From Eledone cirrhosa (Eukaryota), in contig OZ024742.1 in the NCBI GenBank assembly GCA_964016885.1, positions 183,768,001 through 183,832,000 on the forward strand: DNA of 64,000 bases, written 5' to 3'. The notes beneath the pieces were generated by a model. It was not told the DNA's origin and ran no database searches. It saw only the letters and a program-made list of their open reading frames with translations. The position numbers and the translations under genes are program-made. This document shows positions 40,831 to 54,823 of this stretch, piece by piece. Positions within the stretch are counted from its first letter, which is position 1. Each line of letters opens with the position of its first letter.

Positions 40831-41702
40831 TGAAGTTTGCCCAAAGTTCGGTTGTTCATCAGCCGGAGTTCATCCTGATTTCACTGACGTTAAGTCCATC
40901 GCAGGTTTAACCACTAGTACACATATAATTCAACTGAGTGAGTTGGAACAATGCAAAATGAAGTGTCTTGCTCAAAAACAATGCACCGTTCGGTCTGGAA
41001 ATCGAAACTACGATCGTGAGTCAATCAGTGCCCTAACCACTAGACAACGTGCCTTAACTGAGCCAAAGAGGAAGCTACAAAAGTCTAGAGTCACCGGTGC
41101 ATTAGCATATAGTTCTGACCACTGTTTACCCAACGGAATGTTTAATAATCGGATTGGACATGTCAGCCATTCCTAGATATCCTTTGAAACCATGAGTGTT
41201 GCTATGGGGACAATCTATATGGATGGACGAACGCAAAAATATACTAAAATATCTCTGACCATGTCAACAATCATATTTACCATTATTTACACAGCGGAAT
41301 AATTGAACGAAGAGAACTGCTGAAACCTATTAACCGACGTCATAATGTGAACATAGTTGGTCCTTTCATTTACAGGCACAACTCATTTTTGCCAGCTGAG
41401 TAAAATGTCTTGCTAAAGAGCATAATGCACTGCCGCAATTTGAACTCACTGATTTACGATCATGAACCGAACAGCCTAACTACTGCGCTAAGTCATATAT
41501 AATGATTTTTACTATAGGCACAAATAATAATTTGGAATTTAATTTCCTAGTTCAATGTGGTGACATTAAATGTATTTGTTGATTCCTAATTTAGATACCT
41601 TTAGTTATAAATATTAATGAAATAGACAATAACAACATCCTTAATAAAAGAAAGGCTTCAGAATAGTATCCCTTACAAATGTTTAATAATAATGATAATA
41701 AC

Positions 41703-41902
41703 GATTTCTTCTATAGGCACAGGGCCAGCAATTTCTTTTTGGGGGAGTCGATTAAATTGACCCCAGTGCATTACTGGTGCTTTATTTTACCAAGCTCGTA
41801 AGGGTGAAAGGCAAAGCTAACTTCGGCGGAATTTGAACTCAGACCGTAAAGGGCCGTAAATCTATGCTGCAAAGCATGGCGTCCGACGCTCTACCGATAC
41901 TG
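41703..41902 (-). mobile_element. Meta-domain SINE, long form
   Basis: Family match. Confidence 0.88.
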
Positions 41903-41904
41903 AG

Positions 41905-42478
41905 GATTTCTTTATTGGCCACTAGGACCTACATATAGGGGACAATACAAAAAGACAGGCACAGTCAGGGTTTACAATAAAACAGAGCGTTTACGTGAAA
42001 TTTCCACTGATCTCATTGTTTGATTGGTAGAGAGTTGTGAGCGCCTGACAACATTCCACACAGCAGGCGCCCAGTCGTGGTTTTACTTGACCCACGGCTA
42101 CGGCTCAGGCAAAAAGATGAGCTGAGGAAAGATATGCCGTACAAACAGCGATCACACCTGTTCACTGAGTAGGAATATCTGCAAATTCCGTAGCCTCAGC
42201 GCATGTGTGCACATCATCAGTCACTTCCTACCTAGCCTTCCACGCAAAGGGTGTTGAGCACTTGACCAATGGAAACTGCCCCTTCTACAAGAAATGAAAG
42301 CGCAGGCTCTCCAATCTATAATATTAACGCACAGACCGGAGCAAGACATGACGGTCAGGTGATAATAGATGACGGAAGCGATGTACGCGGTCGTCACCTC
42401 TGCCAGACCTTTCAGGGTTAGCTTCCTCTCGGCCCATTTCAGAGTAAGGGTGACAACCCTGCTCGTTACCTCGTGAAA
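41905..42478 (-). mobile_element. L1/Tx1-clade LINE fragment (post-RT region and 3' end)
   Basis: KWAERKLTLKGLAEV..YIASVIYY..QHPLRGRLG..HALRLRNL. The 3' end with AATAAAG resembles 11258-11310. Confidence 0.75.
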
Positions 42479-43237
42479 GTAAGTTTCTTTTACGTTCTAC
42501 GTTGAAATCCAGCCGAGTTCTATTTGTATTTTGCCCACAGAGTGATAAAATATAGTAATGAACTGGTGTTGATTACATCAACTATACATATTTGTAGTGT
42601 TGTGCCAAAGTTAGCAAAGTTACAAAATTCAGAAATCCCCCATTAAGTAATTTCTTTTAATAGAAAATTTCATTTCATCTTTAATTGCGCTTTCAAAAAG
42701 AAGAAAAATTAAAATAAAATAAACAACTAAAAAGCTAATTCAATATTTACTGAATTAATTTTCAATCGTATGTATTTATTCGGTTTGTTGTTTAGACTTG
42801 TTAAATTTTCTCACCATCTAATTAATTTTTAATTATTGCCAATCGCTTTCGGCTTAATTCTTGCTTAAGACATAGATTAAATTTGTATTTAATTGAACTT
42901 TTCTTTTAATTGCCATTTTTGTTCAGAGATTTATCTTTTATGTCTCTTTGCAAATTAATTTTAACATGTCTTTCTTATTGTAAGATTTAAAGTCAGTATT
43001 ATGAAATTGAGAGACATAATGAACTATAGTAATGTCTTGCATATATGCAAAGTTTTATGTTTATAAGCGAAAGGAAATGAGTGTCTTCTTTTATACTCTG
43101 TTACAGGTTTCAGTCATTAGACTGCGTTCATCGCCCTGAAGAGATTTAATCTATCATATCAACCCCAGTCCTTATTCTTTTCATGTATAGTACTTATTTT
43201 ATCGACCTCTTTTTACGAACCGTTAGTTGCGAGATAT

Positions 43238-43239
<2 letters not shown>

Positions 43240-43331
<92 letters not shown>
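43240..43331. repeat. (CA)n microsatellite
   Basis: Direct reading. Confidence 0.98.
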
Positions 43332-43335
<4 letters not shown>

Positions 43336-44315
43336 TTCAAGAAAATTTTAATTAAATTTCACATAAAAAGAGTGTGCCTTTTGCAGAATATTAATAGTAA
43401 AGAGGAAGATGATTTTTAAAAATATAATAGATAATTATTTTTATAATAGAATAGATTCATTATAAATGCATATGGAAGAAAACGATCTCTAAATGCATAT
43501 AGAATTCCTCAAACAATTTAGATATTATATATAATAGAGTGGTAACAATATCTCACAGGTAATAGAAGAATAGTTGCAGGATAAGCATTATATTTTAAGT
43601 AAAACATTTATGGAATTATAAATATTTAATAATATTTAAATGGGATAGAAATTTTATAGTAAAATATATATGTAATGAGATGTACTTGGAGTAAACACTT
43701 CTGCGCTGAGGGTGCTGTTCCAGTCGATCTCTGAATTCAGGAAACAATAAGTTAAACATGCGTGGTATACTAAATTAATGGTGTACTAATTATAGCGTGT
43801 GTATTGGACCGACGGCGATTACGACGAGGAGTTCCTAGTTAGAACAACAGAGCAGTTTTCCTGTGAAATTAACGCACAAGTGGTTGAGTATTCTACAGAC
43901 ACGTACACCCTTAACAAAGTCTTCAGGGAGATTTTGTATGACACGTGAGGCAAGACCGGACATTTGAATTACAGCAACACGTGTTTGCCAGCTGAGTGGA
44001 CAGAAGCAACATTAAGTAAAATACATTGCTCAAGGAGTCTATGCACCACTGAAAATGAAATACAGTACGTTACTCTCGTAAGTTGAACACTATATCAACT
44101 AATCCACGTGCATACATTATAGTGTACCAGATATATAATAAGTTGAACATTCATCACATACAAATTATATCAGTTAAACATTTATCGTATTTTAATTATG
44201 TAATGAGATACAAATTTAAGGTGTGATATAGATGTAATTATTCAAATATTTCTGAAACCATAAATATATAAGTATTTGTGGTATATACTAAATACGAGAT
44301 ATTGTTTATCACTTA

Positions 44316-44459
44316 CCGTATTTCCCGGCGCCGAAGACTCTTCGTCCTCGAGGACGCACTCTAATTTTGACAACCAAAAATTTGAAGAAAAGAAAATGAT
44401 AAACAACCTTCGCATGGTAGATTTTGGGGACTTATTTTGGGGGATGTAGGGAAATATGG
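44316..44459. mobile_element. Second copy of the pogo-like MITE
   Basis: TA-CCGTATTTCCCGGCGCCGAAGAC ... GGGAAATATGG-TA. Confidence 0.8.
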
Positions 44460-44626
44460 TACTTTATATTAATTATATGACAACATATCGTGTGTATATA
44501 TTATAAACCTATCCATCCATCCATGGGCCCGTAAATCCCAATGGAGTGGTAGGGGTGTTGTGATGGCACTTGAAGCAGGAAGGGTTTAGTAATTTATTTA
44601 AGGAACAACAAAATGGTGAAAATTAA

Positions 44627-44805
44627 TTGGCAGTATCGGTAGAGGGTTGGGCGCCATGCTTTCCAGCATAGAGGTACCTTTATGGTCTGAGTTCAAATCC
44701 CGCCGAGGTTAACTTTGCCTTTCATCCTTACGGGGTCGATAAAATAAAGTACCAGTAATGCACTGGGATAATTGTTGGCCTTGTGTCAAGAGTAGAAATA
44801 ATTAT
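44627..44805 (+). mobile_element. Meta-domain SINE
   Basis: Family match. Confidence 0.9.
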
Positions 44806-45257
44806 TATAACATTTAACATAAAGTCTATTCTGAAGTGATGTTAATAGAATAGAATATAGTGACACGTTGTTAGCGTTCTTGGTCATGGTTCAAGTTTAC
44901 AGGGAATCCCACCCCAGTATTGCACACGAAGTAAATATTTTTGAATTATTTTGGTGCTGTACATTCATAAAAAGATAAATGAACAAGACCATTAAAAGTT
45001 GAGTGTCTTGGCTGGTCTGGACGCAGCAAAGATAGAATACGAACGACACCCTTCTCAGTCACCCGATACCCCATAACTCCCTGGTATGCAAGGTATTCGT
45101 GATCCAATTTCTGTCAGTGGGTTCGTATTTATTTTAAGAACACGGATTGATGAGATGATATTGTAAGTGTCAATAAATCATGTATTCCGTTGTCCGTATA
45201 TGGACATCTGCACAGCGGTAGGATGTCAAGAAGAATTCACCAAATTCTAGGACTTAT

Positions 45258-45363
45258 TCATGATGGCATATCTGCACCACATCCGAGCTTTTCTATATCA
45301 ACTTTTGGGTCTCTCCCAGATATGCTCTTCTTCTCAGTTATTTTTCCGGGACGTGCAACGAAG
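45258..45363 (-). CDS. Candidate terminal coding exon
   Basis: TTTCAG acceptor, frame FVARPGKITEKKSISGRDPKVDIEKLGCGADMPS*, in unique moderately GC-rich sequence. No homology recognised. Confidence 0.2.
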
Positions 45364-46464
45364 CTGAAATTTGCAACACACTTGATGTAATTAATTAAAC
45401 TGCTGTTGCAGTAGTTATTGGTAGTTCCGGTGGTCATAGAGAATGCTGATATATTGGTGGTAGTGGTGGTTGTAGAGTCGGTGGTATTGGTGATGGTGGT
45501 TCTGGTTGGTACGTTTACTACGGCAGCGATAATGCTACCACGATTATCATGGTTACCTCCCATCACATCTCACTGTTTAAACGTCAAACGTGTTGACACA
45601 TTTCGGGGTTGTATCCAGTGCTATTGTCTTTCTTACAAACACTTCTTTCTGCTCCCCCCAGTAGAAGAAGCCATATGGAATGGAATGGAATGTAAAAACA
45701 AGAACATGCTACAGAAAAAAAAATGTAATGTCTAAAAGACAGACCATATGTCTACCCTAGGTTATACATTCATACATTCCGAACTCTCTCCTGTTTGGAA
45801 AATAATCAAAATATAAAAAGAAAGGAAAAAAAAGAAAGGCATTTCATCCAGTAAGACTTGGTGTTAATCCAACTCTCTCGGAGCGGTTTGACAACACTCT
45901 CGTTCAAGCCAAAACTAAAACAACAATGACGACGACGGCGACGACGGGGAGAAGGAGGAGGATGAACGAAGTGGATGAGGGGGAGGTTGAGGACTAGCAG
46001 AATGAGGAGGAGGAGAATGAGGAGCATGAGGGGCGGGAAGGAGGAGGAGGATAATGGTAAAGATGATGACAATTGAAAATATCTGGTCCGAGTAACTTAT
46101 GACCTTATTCAACTTGTAGAAAATCCTTATTTTTTTTCAAAAAGCAGAGCATTTAGCCGACCTTTTGGTTAACAATAATGTTGATGTAGTACAAAGGTCA
46201 GTGTGTCACGCAGCATACAGATACAATTATATTGCTTTTATATGATTCCCCCCCCCCCCCCCACCCAGACACACACAAACTCAGACACACATGCATACAC
46301 ACACACCCATATGTACACACTCACACGTATATATATATCACCTTTCTACCCAGAAATTATAATTTCCACTTATACGCATTGAGTGCTCATTCAGATAATG
46401 TTTGAATGTATAAATACTATGGTATTTTAAATACCCATTCCATTGTATATATATACATATATAC

Positions 46465-46777
<313 letters not shown>

Positions 46778-46854
46778 TACATACCTATGTGCCTGTGTGT
46801 ATGTGAGTGTACATGTATATATCATACATATCATTATTATTACGGCCCGTTAGG

Positions 46855-47635
46855 GCAGTGGATTGGCAGTATCGGTAGAGGGTCGGACGCCTTGCTTTGC
46901 AGCAAAGAGTTACGGCCCTTTATAATCTGAGTTCAAATTCCGCCGAGGTTAATTTTGCCTTTCATCCTTACGGGGTCGATAAAATACAGTACCAGTCACG
47001 CTCTGGGGTCGATTTAATTGACTTTCCCCTCCGCCAAAATTGCTGGCCTTGCGCCTATATAAGAAACCATTATTATTACGGCCCCTTTCGGGTGGTGGAT
47101 TGGCAGTATCGATAGAGGGTCGGACGGCATGATTTGCAGCATTGAGTTACGGCCCTTTACGGTCTGAGTTCAAATCCTGCCGAGGTTAACTTTGCCTTTC
47201 ATTCTTACGGGATCAATGAAATAAAGTACCAGTAATGCACTGGGATAATTGCTGCCAAAAGTAGAAACAATTATTATTATGGCCCATTCGTTCTGGGATC
47301 AAAATCCCTCCGAGGTTAGCTTTACATTTCATCCTTACAGGGTAGATAAAATACAACACCAGTAATGCACTGGGGTCGATTTAATCGACTTTCCCGTCCC
47401 CCAAATTGCTGGTCTTGTGCCTATAGTAGAAATCATTATTATGATTGGCAGTATCGGTAGAGAGTCGAACGCCATGCTTTGACGCATAGAGTTACGGCCC
47501 TTGCCATTCTGAGTTCAAATCCCGCCGAGGTTAACTTTGCCTTTCATCCTTACGGGGTCGATAACGATAAAGTAAAGTACCAGTAATGCACTGGGTAATT
47601 GCTGGCCTTGTTCCAAAAGTAGAAACAATTATTAT
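46855..47635 (+). mobile_element. Head-to-tail stack of four Meta-domain SINEs
   Basis: Copies at ~46855, 47092, 47290 (truncated) and 47443. TATTATTAYGGCCC is repeated at the junctions. Confidence 0.9.
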
Positions 47636-47692
47636 TATTAGTAGTAGTAGCAGCAGCAGAAGCAGCAGTAGCAGCAGCAGCAGCAGTGGTAC

Positions 47693-47731
<39 letters not shown>

Positions 47732-48067
47732 CAGCAGCAGCAGAAGTAGTAATAGCAGATTACGTGTAGTCTTCTAAGTAAATAGTAAGCAATAAGCAGT
47801 CAAGTGAAGACGGAAAAGGGAGAAAGATATAATTCATGTTATCTGGTCTTATAAAGCCGTTAATCTACAGCAATTTATTCATAATGTTTAACATTATTAA
47901 CGAACAATTCTGCATGATCCAGAAAGTTGTACTTATGGCGCCAACATATCTAACCTTTTACTGACCGTATTTCTAATGAAATGCACTCTGTTTCAATTAA
48001 TTAATGATGGATATTGAAGGATTTATTAAGATTATTAATTATTTCATTAATAAGATAGTACCAATTG

Positions 48068-48342
48068 TCGATAAAGTGCGTAGCTCCAGGTAAAGCTGCT
48101 ACTTCTCCGAATTAAGAGGTCACAGCTCCAATATTATGGCAGGAGACCCGAGTGTAGACCCCGAGAAAGATTGCTGGGTAACATCTATGAGCTTGCCTGC
48201 CCTCGCTTGGAGATCCAGACAAATCAATTGGAGACGGTTGCTTCTGACAGGACCCGCTGGAAGGAGTGTTTGAGGACTCTACCTCCACGACCCTCTCAGG
48301 AATAAGTGGGAGAAGAAGCAAAAGAAGAAGAAGAAGAAGAAA
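48068..48342 (+). mobile_element. Expander-like RTE 3' fragment with (GAA)n tail
   Basis: Matches 5840-6235, e.g. GACAGGACCCGCTG and ACCCTCTCAGGAATAAGTGG. Confidence 0.85.
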
Positions 48343-48436
48343 TGTTGATATGATTGACAGTATCTCTCCAAAGTGGTGCCCCAACATGACAGCAGTCTAA
48401 AGACTGAAACCAGGAAAGGTATACAAGCATATATAT

Positions 48437-48810
48437 AATTGTTTCTACTTTTGGCACAAGGCAAGCAATTACCCAGTGCATTACTGGTACTTTATTTTAT
48501 CCACCCTGTAAGGATGAAAGGCAAAGTTAACCTCGGCGGGATTTGAACTCAGACCATAAAGCGCCGTAACTCTGCAAAGCATGGCGTCCGACCTTCTACC
48601 GATTCTGCCAATATATATAATTGTTTCTACTTTTGGCACAAGACCAGCAAATACCCAGTACATTACTGGTACTTTATTTTATCGACTACGTAAGGATTAA
48701 AGGCAAAGTTAACCTCGGCGGGATTTGAACTCAGAATAGCAAGGGCCGTAACTCTATGCGTCAAAGCATGGCGTCCGACCCTCTACCAATACTGCCAATC
48801 CACCGCCCTG
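48437..48810 (-). mobile_element. Two tandem Meta-domain SINEs
   Basis: CTGCCAATATATATAAT is duplicated around the second copy. Confidence 0.9.
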
Positions 48811-51744
48811 CCAATATATATAATGGCCACTAAGTATATATTCCTGCTAATAATATTTCTAGGATTAATTCATTCGGACTTGTAGCTACCCGTAGAATCA
48901 CTTCTTATATAAGCATACATTCTGAGAATTTAAAAGCGATGCCTCAGTTATATTTTCCACACTTCATTTGTCAAGGTCATGAATAATGGAATTGAAATGA
49001 GCGTGTTACAATTGATGTACATTGTGTAGTCATCTTGCTGTGAACACGGTATTACAACGCTGAGTTATATTAACTCGTTCTGCCATGAACCATATGAAAC
49101 CACAATCGCAAGACATTCTTGAAAAACACGAACCAGAACTATAACTGCATCACCTTAAAAATTAAAGCTTTTACTCTAATACGGAAAATGTTCACAACAA
49201 TCTGTTCACTAGTAAAAATACTGTAAATATTTGAATTAATAAACCACATGAAACAAGAGCAAGGAATTCTTGACAAATACGAAACAGCATTATAACAATA
49301 TAACAGAAAATTAGTGTTTTTGCTCTAATACAGAACATATTCACAACGAATTGTACACTAATAAATTGTACACTAATAAAGATACTATAAATATTCGAAT
49401 CAACAAAATAGGTTTTAGTTATTTTCTGATAAATCATTACAAGATATTCCACGAGAAACATGACTTATTCATATTCAATATTAACTAATTATAAAGTCTA
49501 AATAAATATACTGAGCCTACATCAAACTATTTGTTAACTTTGTTTATCTGCCACTGCTATGGCGTTACGGTACCGTCTTTAAGAAGTTGTTTCTATGAGC
49601 TTGCACTCATAAAAAGAATCGTTCTGTAGGTGAGTTTTCTTTTTAGTTGTCTAAGTTGTTTAAGAAGAGGCAGATTGTGAAAGATAGAAACAATAAATTT
49701 CATAGCAAATTGAGCAAATTAATAAGATATAGAGAGGGCAGTAGATATTTTGACGTCCTTATATTAACCATTGTATCCCCAGTAATAATTTTAGTGTTAT
49801 AATCCTCATGAAGGTAAGTTACCAAAAAAAGAGGAATCTATGTCACGTTAAATCTTATTCAGCTTCAATACAGGTAGAAGAACGTATGCGTTCTAGATAG
49901 ATATCATATACCAGTTAAATCAAAATTAATTAATTGAATTTTTTCTTGGTGATTTATAATGGGTTACATCATTTTCAAAGTTTCCATGAGAAAATTTGAT
50001 AAACAACTTATTTATCTGAATGAAATACGTTGAATTGTAAAACAGGCCTCGTATATTGAATTTACTTACAAACGTTAATGCTGTTAGTAACTCATATATA
50101 CACAGCTGCGTGAAATCTTGAACACATCAGAAATGTTTAAGAAAATAATGTCAAGATAATTAATTAAGGATGCTTGTGAATATTAAAATATACGAAATAT
50201 ATCTTAAATCATATTAATATCAATAAAACCCAAATAAATAACTCCTTCATACAAAATGTAGATTCTTCCTTAAATATGGTGAGGAATTTCATATTTTCAA
50301 AAGCAAGAGACGGTGTTATTTTTTTATATTTTCATTTTAAATAAATGAATATTTTCAAAATCGAATTGAATTTAAAGATGCGTTTTTATCTGCAAATAAT
50401 TTGATATATTTCACATAAATTAAATAATAAATAAAACCGAAAAGCTATGTAAGTTATGTTGTAGATTTTGATTATACTTGTTACATAGTAACCTTTTTCT
50501 CTCTCGTCTATTAATTAAGCATATTCAAACATTGCAAGTATTGATCCCTATCTAGTAATGAACTTTCTCCTTCAATGTCTTTCATATATTTAATTCTTTT
50601 CAATCGATACTACTCTTCTTTTAAACATTCACTTACTACGTACATATCTCATTTTAACACGATCTGGTAACTTACTATATATCAGTTTAGAACCGACATT
50701 TTACCAAAATCTCCTTTCGCTTACCATGAACACTTTCAATATTTCGGGAAACATAAAGAGGAAATATACCAACAATGAAAATTAATTTGTAAAAGGACAT
50801 AAAATAGTCATGTTTTATTGCTAATACAAAAGGAAATATGTAACTTCAATCTATAATTTATAACACTAATAAGCTCTCCCAAACAATTTAATGATAGTTT
50901 AAAACGATGAATATGAAGTATTGAACAGGCCTTATGCAAATATTTTAATCATTTAGTCGCAATAAACACTCCGAATTGACACGCTTCATAGAATAAATTA
51001 ATTATGTGCAACGATTGTGAGTGTTTGGCAAAATGTTCAGTCTTCCATTAATCTACCATAAAACATTCTTAGTCATATGAAAAGCAAAATTAAAGTATTT
51101 TGGAAATGCTTGCTTTATTCAGATTTCTAAAGCAAATCTTGGTCGTTAACTAGTTTTTCTTATTTCTCAAGCTGACATAGTATGTACTATCAATTGAAAA
51201 TATTAATGTTTACACCCATTATGAAATTATTTAATTAAATAGTGATAAATAAATATGCTGTTTCGGTTATCTTTCCTCTTTTAACATTTTCCGATACAAA
51301 ACCACCTAAAACCATTACAGTCTCTACGCTACAAATCTGTCTGTTTTAAAGTATTTATATGTAAACCAAAACCTTCCATTATGACTTTATATGTAAGAAA
51401 CTATTCTTTTCCTCAGCTTATTAAATGAGAACATAGTGATTTTGCTAAACCTTTTCCAAATCCTTGATATTCATAATGAAAGGAAACGCTTGGACAATGT
51501 CATTTATTTTACAATATGGTCATAAAAGGATTATGTTCAAAATATACATTCATTTCTTTTCAGTAGGTATAAGATAAATTTCCTCAAGACGTGGATATAA
51601 ACGAAAGAATCAGTGCCCAATGTATTACTGGTGTTCATTTCATCAACCTTGGTGTATTATGAATACAACATGGTGAATATCTAACTCTAAAACTTGTAAT
51701 GTACTGAAATCAGCGCTTTAGTTATTCAACCAATTCACTGCCAT

Positions 51745-51932
51745 TGGTGGATTGGCAGTATCGGTAGAGGGTCGGACGCCATGCTTTCCAGCATAGTTAC
51801 GTCCCTTTACGATCTGAGTTCAAATCCCGCCGAGGTTGACTTTGCCTTTCATCTTTACGGGGTCGATAAAGATAAAGTACCAGTAATACACTGGGTAATT
51901 GCTGGCCTTGTGCCTAAAGTAGAAACAATTAT
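51745..51932 (+). mobile_element. Young Meta-domain SINE
   Basis: Family match, head-to-head with an old minus copy at ~51600-51742. Confidence 0.9.
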
Positions 51933-52606
51933 TAAACATTCAGATTGTTAATTAGAAAGGAATAAGGTATCTAATATATGTTGGATGAAATATCAATTAT
52001 ATTAAAGACCTCTTTTCTCAACCATGAAGACAATGAATCGATTTTTTACTACTTTAATTGATAACAACAATTAATAACGACTCACTACAATATTATACTT
52101 CATGAAATGATATTTTCAAATGATTTTCAAAATATAGAAATTTTATTTTGCTTTATAATAAATAAATATAATCACTTTTTTTATCACACGGATAAACAAA
52201 GACATCAATAAACAGAAGAATATCAATTAATCTGTTCACGAATTTATGGGTTCATAAATTAATTTATTCGTCTACTGCTGTTAACTTTTCCATAAAACCT
52301 CATACAAATATTCAACATTAGTTTTGCAGGCAGAATAAAGTAGACTTCTCAGAGGCAGGATAAAATGCCAACTGCTGTTATTTTAAACTTACGGTTTTCT
52401 CCTTTAATGATTAAGCAGAAAATATCTAAAAGTTAGTTTGTTAATAGAAATATTTATGTATCTTTTACTAGTGGACAGATAGTTGTGAAAATTTGCTAAG
52501 GACCCATTTGTAATGTAATACCACCATAGTGCCGTTTTGTACTTTTAAGAATGCCTCGCTAATGCAGCTTCATGTGGAGCAGGACGTAAAAAGTTAAATC
52601 ATTATT

Positions 52607-52792
52607 TTGGATTGGCAGTATCGGTAGAGGGTCAGACGCCATGCTTTGCAGCAAAGAGTTACGGCTCTTTATGATCTGAGTTCAAATCCCGCCGAGGTTA
52701 ACTTTGCCTTTCATCCTTACGGGGTCGATAAAATAAAGTACCAGTAATACACTGGTATAATTTCTGGCCTTGTGCCAAAAGTAGAAACAATT
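52607..52792 (+). mobile_element. Meta-domain SINE
   Basis: Family match with TSD ATTATTT. Confidence 0.9.
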
Positions 52793-53599
52793 ATTTATGT
52801 GCAGATAGTTCGATATGTAATCTATTCAATAACTTCGGTTCCATATCAAAAATAATTTATAGCCACACTGTGTAATTTATTCATCGTTTTGCTGAATTCC
52901 TTAATAAAATTTGAAATTAAATGAACATATTTTAAATTAATATTCATAAGCTTGGGGAATTGAGATTTGTGAATTCAAGATGCTAAAAGGAAATTTGACA
53001 GAAAATGTCAGAATCTAGATATGCTTTAGAAATAGTGGTTTGTAGGTTTCCAAATGTGTATAGATGGAAAATAATATGGAGATAAAATTATAAAATTATA
53101 AAAATGTCAAAATCTACTGCAAAATATTCTCTATCTAAACATAATTACATAAAACTTTGATGTGTATAATTCTGTACTGTAGTTAAGAGAGGACAATGAA
53201 GTTATTATCACAATTAAATGCCCTGCGCATCATTAAATAAATTTGCATAGAATTAATTAGTTAATCAAACAGTGTAATTAACGTGATATCACAATCTATG
53301 GCATAAACAATATGTTCACATCATTAGAATGTTATTGGGTAATGCTGAGAAAAATGCTTCGATAAATGTAAAACATACTGTTATTAATCTACACAAATCT
53401 TGAAAAACTTGTTAAAACAAAAATACGAAAGTAAATTAGATATAAGGCTGCATCTAACTAGAAATAAACGGGGAACTGTATATAAGGGGGAAAAAAAGGA
53501 AAAACATGAAACCAAATATAATCAATTAGATTTTTAAAGTTGATTTAAGTAGCAATATTGTTTTATCTATTTAAGTAACAATGTTTATCAAACTGAAAC

Positions 53600-53705
53600 T
53601 TAACCAGTTTGTTGCCATATTTCTAATGAAATACACTTCCTATTAGTTTCAAATCATTTTGAAAATACTCATGAATTGGAAAGATTTAGAAATATAACTA
53701 ATTCT
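53600..53705. mobile_element. TTAA-started (piggyBac-like) MITE fragment
   Basis: TTAACC..CATATTTCTAATGAAATACAC. Related starts at ~34384, ~47950 and ~55780. Confidence 0.45.
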
Positions 53706-54251
53706 CTCTGCAGAGCTGTTCTCCTGTAGAATGGGTTGCAGTGGGAGGATAGTGATACGGCCATCAGATATAACGGTTAGTTGCGATATAAGCCAGGTAC
53801 TGTCGGACGAATAAGAAACCCTTGCCCAACAGAGGTAAACTATTAGGGGAGATGGAGTGATAGGTGACACTAATAGCTTACATGAAAGCTCTCACAACTC
53901 AGTGATGTAGCTACGACGAGGTAAGTAAAGGCCGCCTCCAAAAAGTCTAGTCTGAGAAATGACGCAAATGAAACCACCAAAACCACTGGAAATAGTAAAG
54001 GTATCCATACCGAATCATCTGTTTTACAGGATAACAAGGAGCACATTCCGGCATTAAGGTAGGGAGGGGCCTGTTCGAAAAGTATATTACTGTCTCCATC
54101 CAACGCAGCAAGAACTGGCGATGGGCCTGCAACCTGTCCTCGGAGACATTATGGAAGTACAAAAGTTACGTATCTCGAGATCCATGCATGCATGACTGTC
54201 TGTTCGTTATAATATCTACCTTAGAACGATGAAGGCAACATCGACTTCGGC

Positions 54252-54823
54252 AGAAGCAAACTAAATGTTGGTTTCTCATATAAGAAGCAAACTAAATGTT
54301 GGTTTCACATATAAGAAGCAAACTAAATGTTGGTTTATCATATAAGAAGCAAACTAAATGTTGGTTTCTCATATAAGAAGCGAACTAAATGTTGGTTTCA
54401 CATATAAGAAGCAAACTAAATGTTGGTTTCTCATATAAGAAGCAAACTAAATGTTGGTTTCTCATATAAGAAGCAAGCTAAATGTTGGTTTCTCATATAA
54501 GAAGCAAGCTAAATGTTGGTTTCTCATATAAGAAGCAAACTAAATGTTGGTTTCTCATATAAGAAGCAAACTAAATGTTGGTTTCACATATAAGAAGCAA
54601 ACTAAATGTTGGTTTCACATATAAGAAGCAAATTAAATGTTGGTTTCACATATAAGAAGCAAACTAAATGTTGGTTTCTCATATAAGAAGCAAACTAAAT
54701 GTTGGTTTCTCATATAAGAAGCAAGCTAAATGTTGGTTTCTCATATAAGAAGCAAACTAAATGTTGGTTTCTCATATAAGAAGCAAACTAAATGTTGGTT
54801 TCTCATATAAGAAGCAAGCTAAA
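54252..54823. repeat. 31-bp minisatellite, ~18 near-identical copies
   Basis: Unit AGAAGCAAACTAAATGTTGGTTTCTCATATA with few variant positions. Confidence 0.97.

Noticed and set aside
40796-40865. Isolated CTGATGA matches (also near 35489)
   Set aside because: No correctly spaced stem II, GAAA and stem III were found, and such matches are expected by chance.
54252-54823. CRISPR-like 31-bp repeat array
   Set aside because: Units are contiguous with no unique spacers, there are no cas genes, and the context is eukaryotic.
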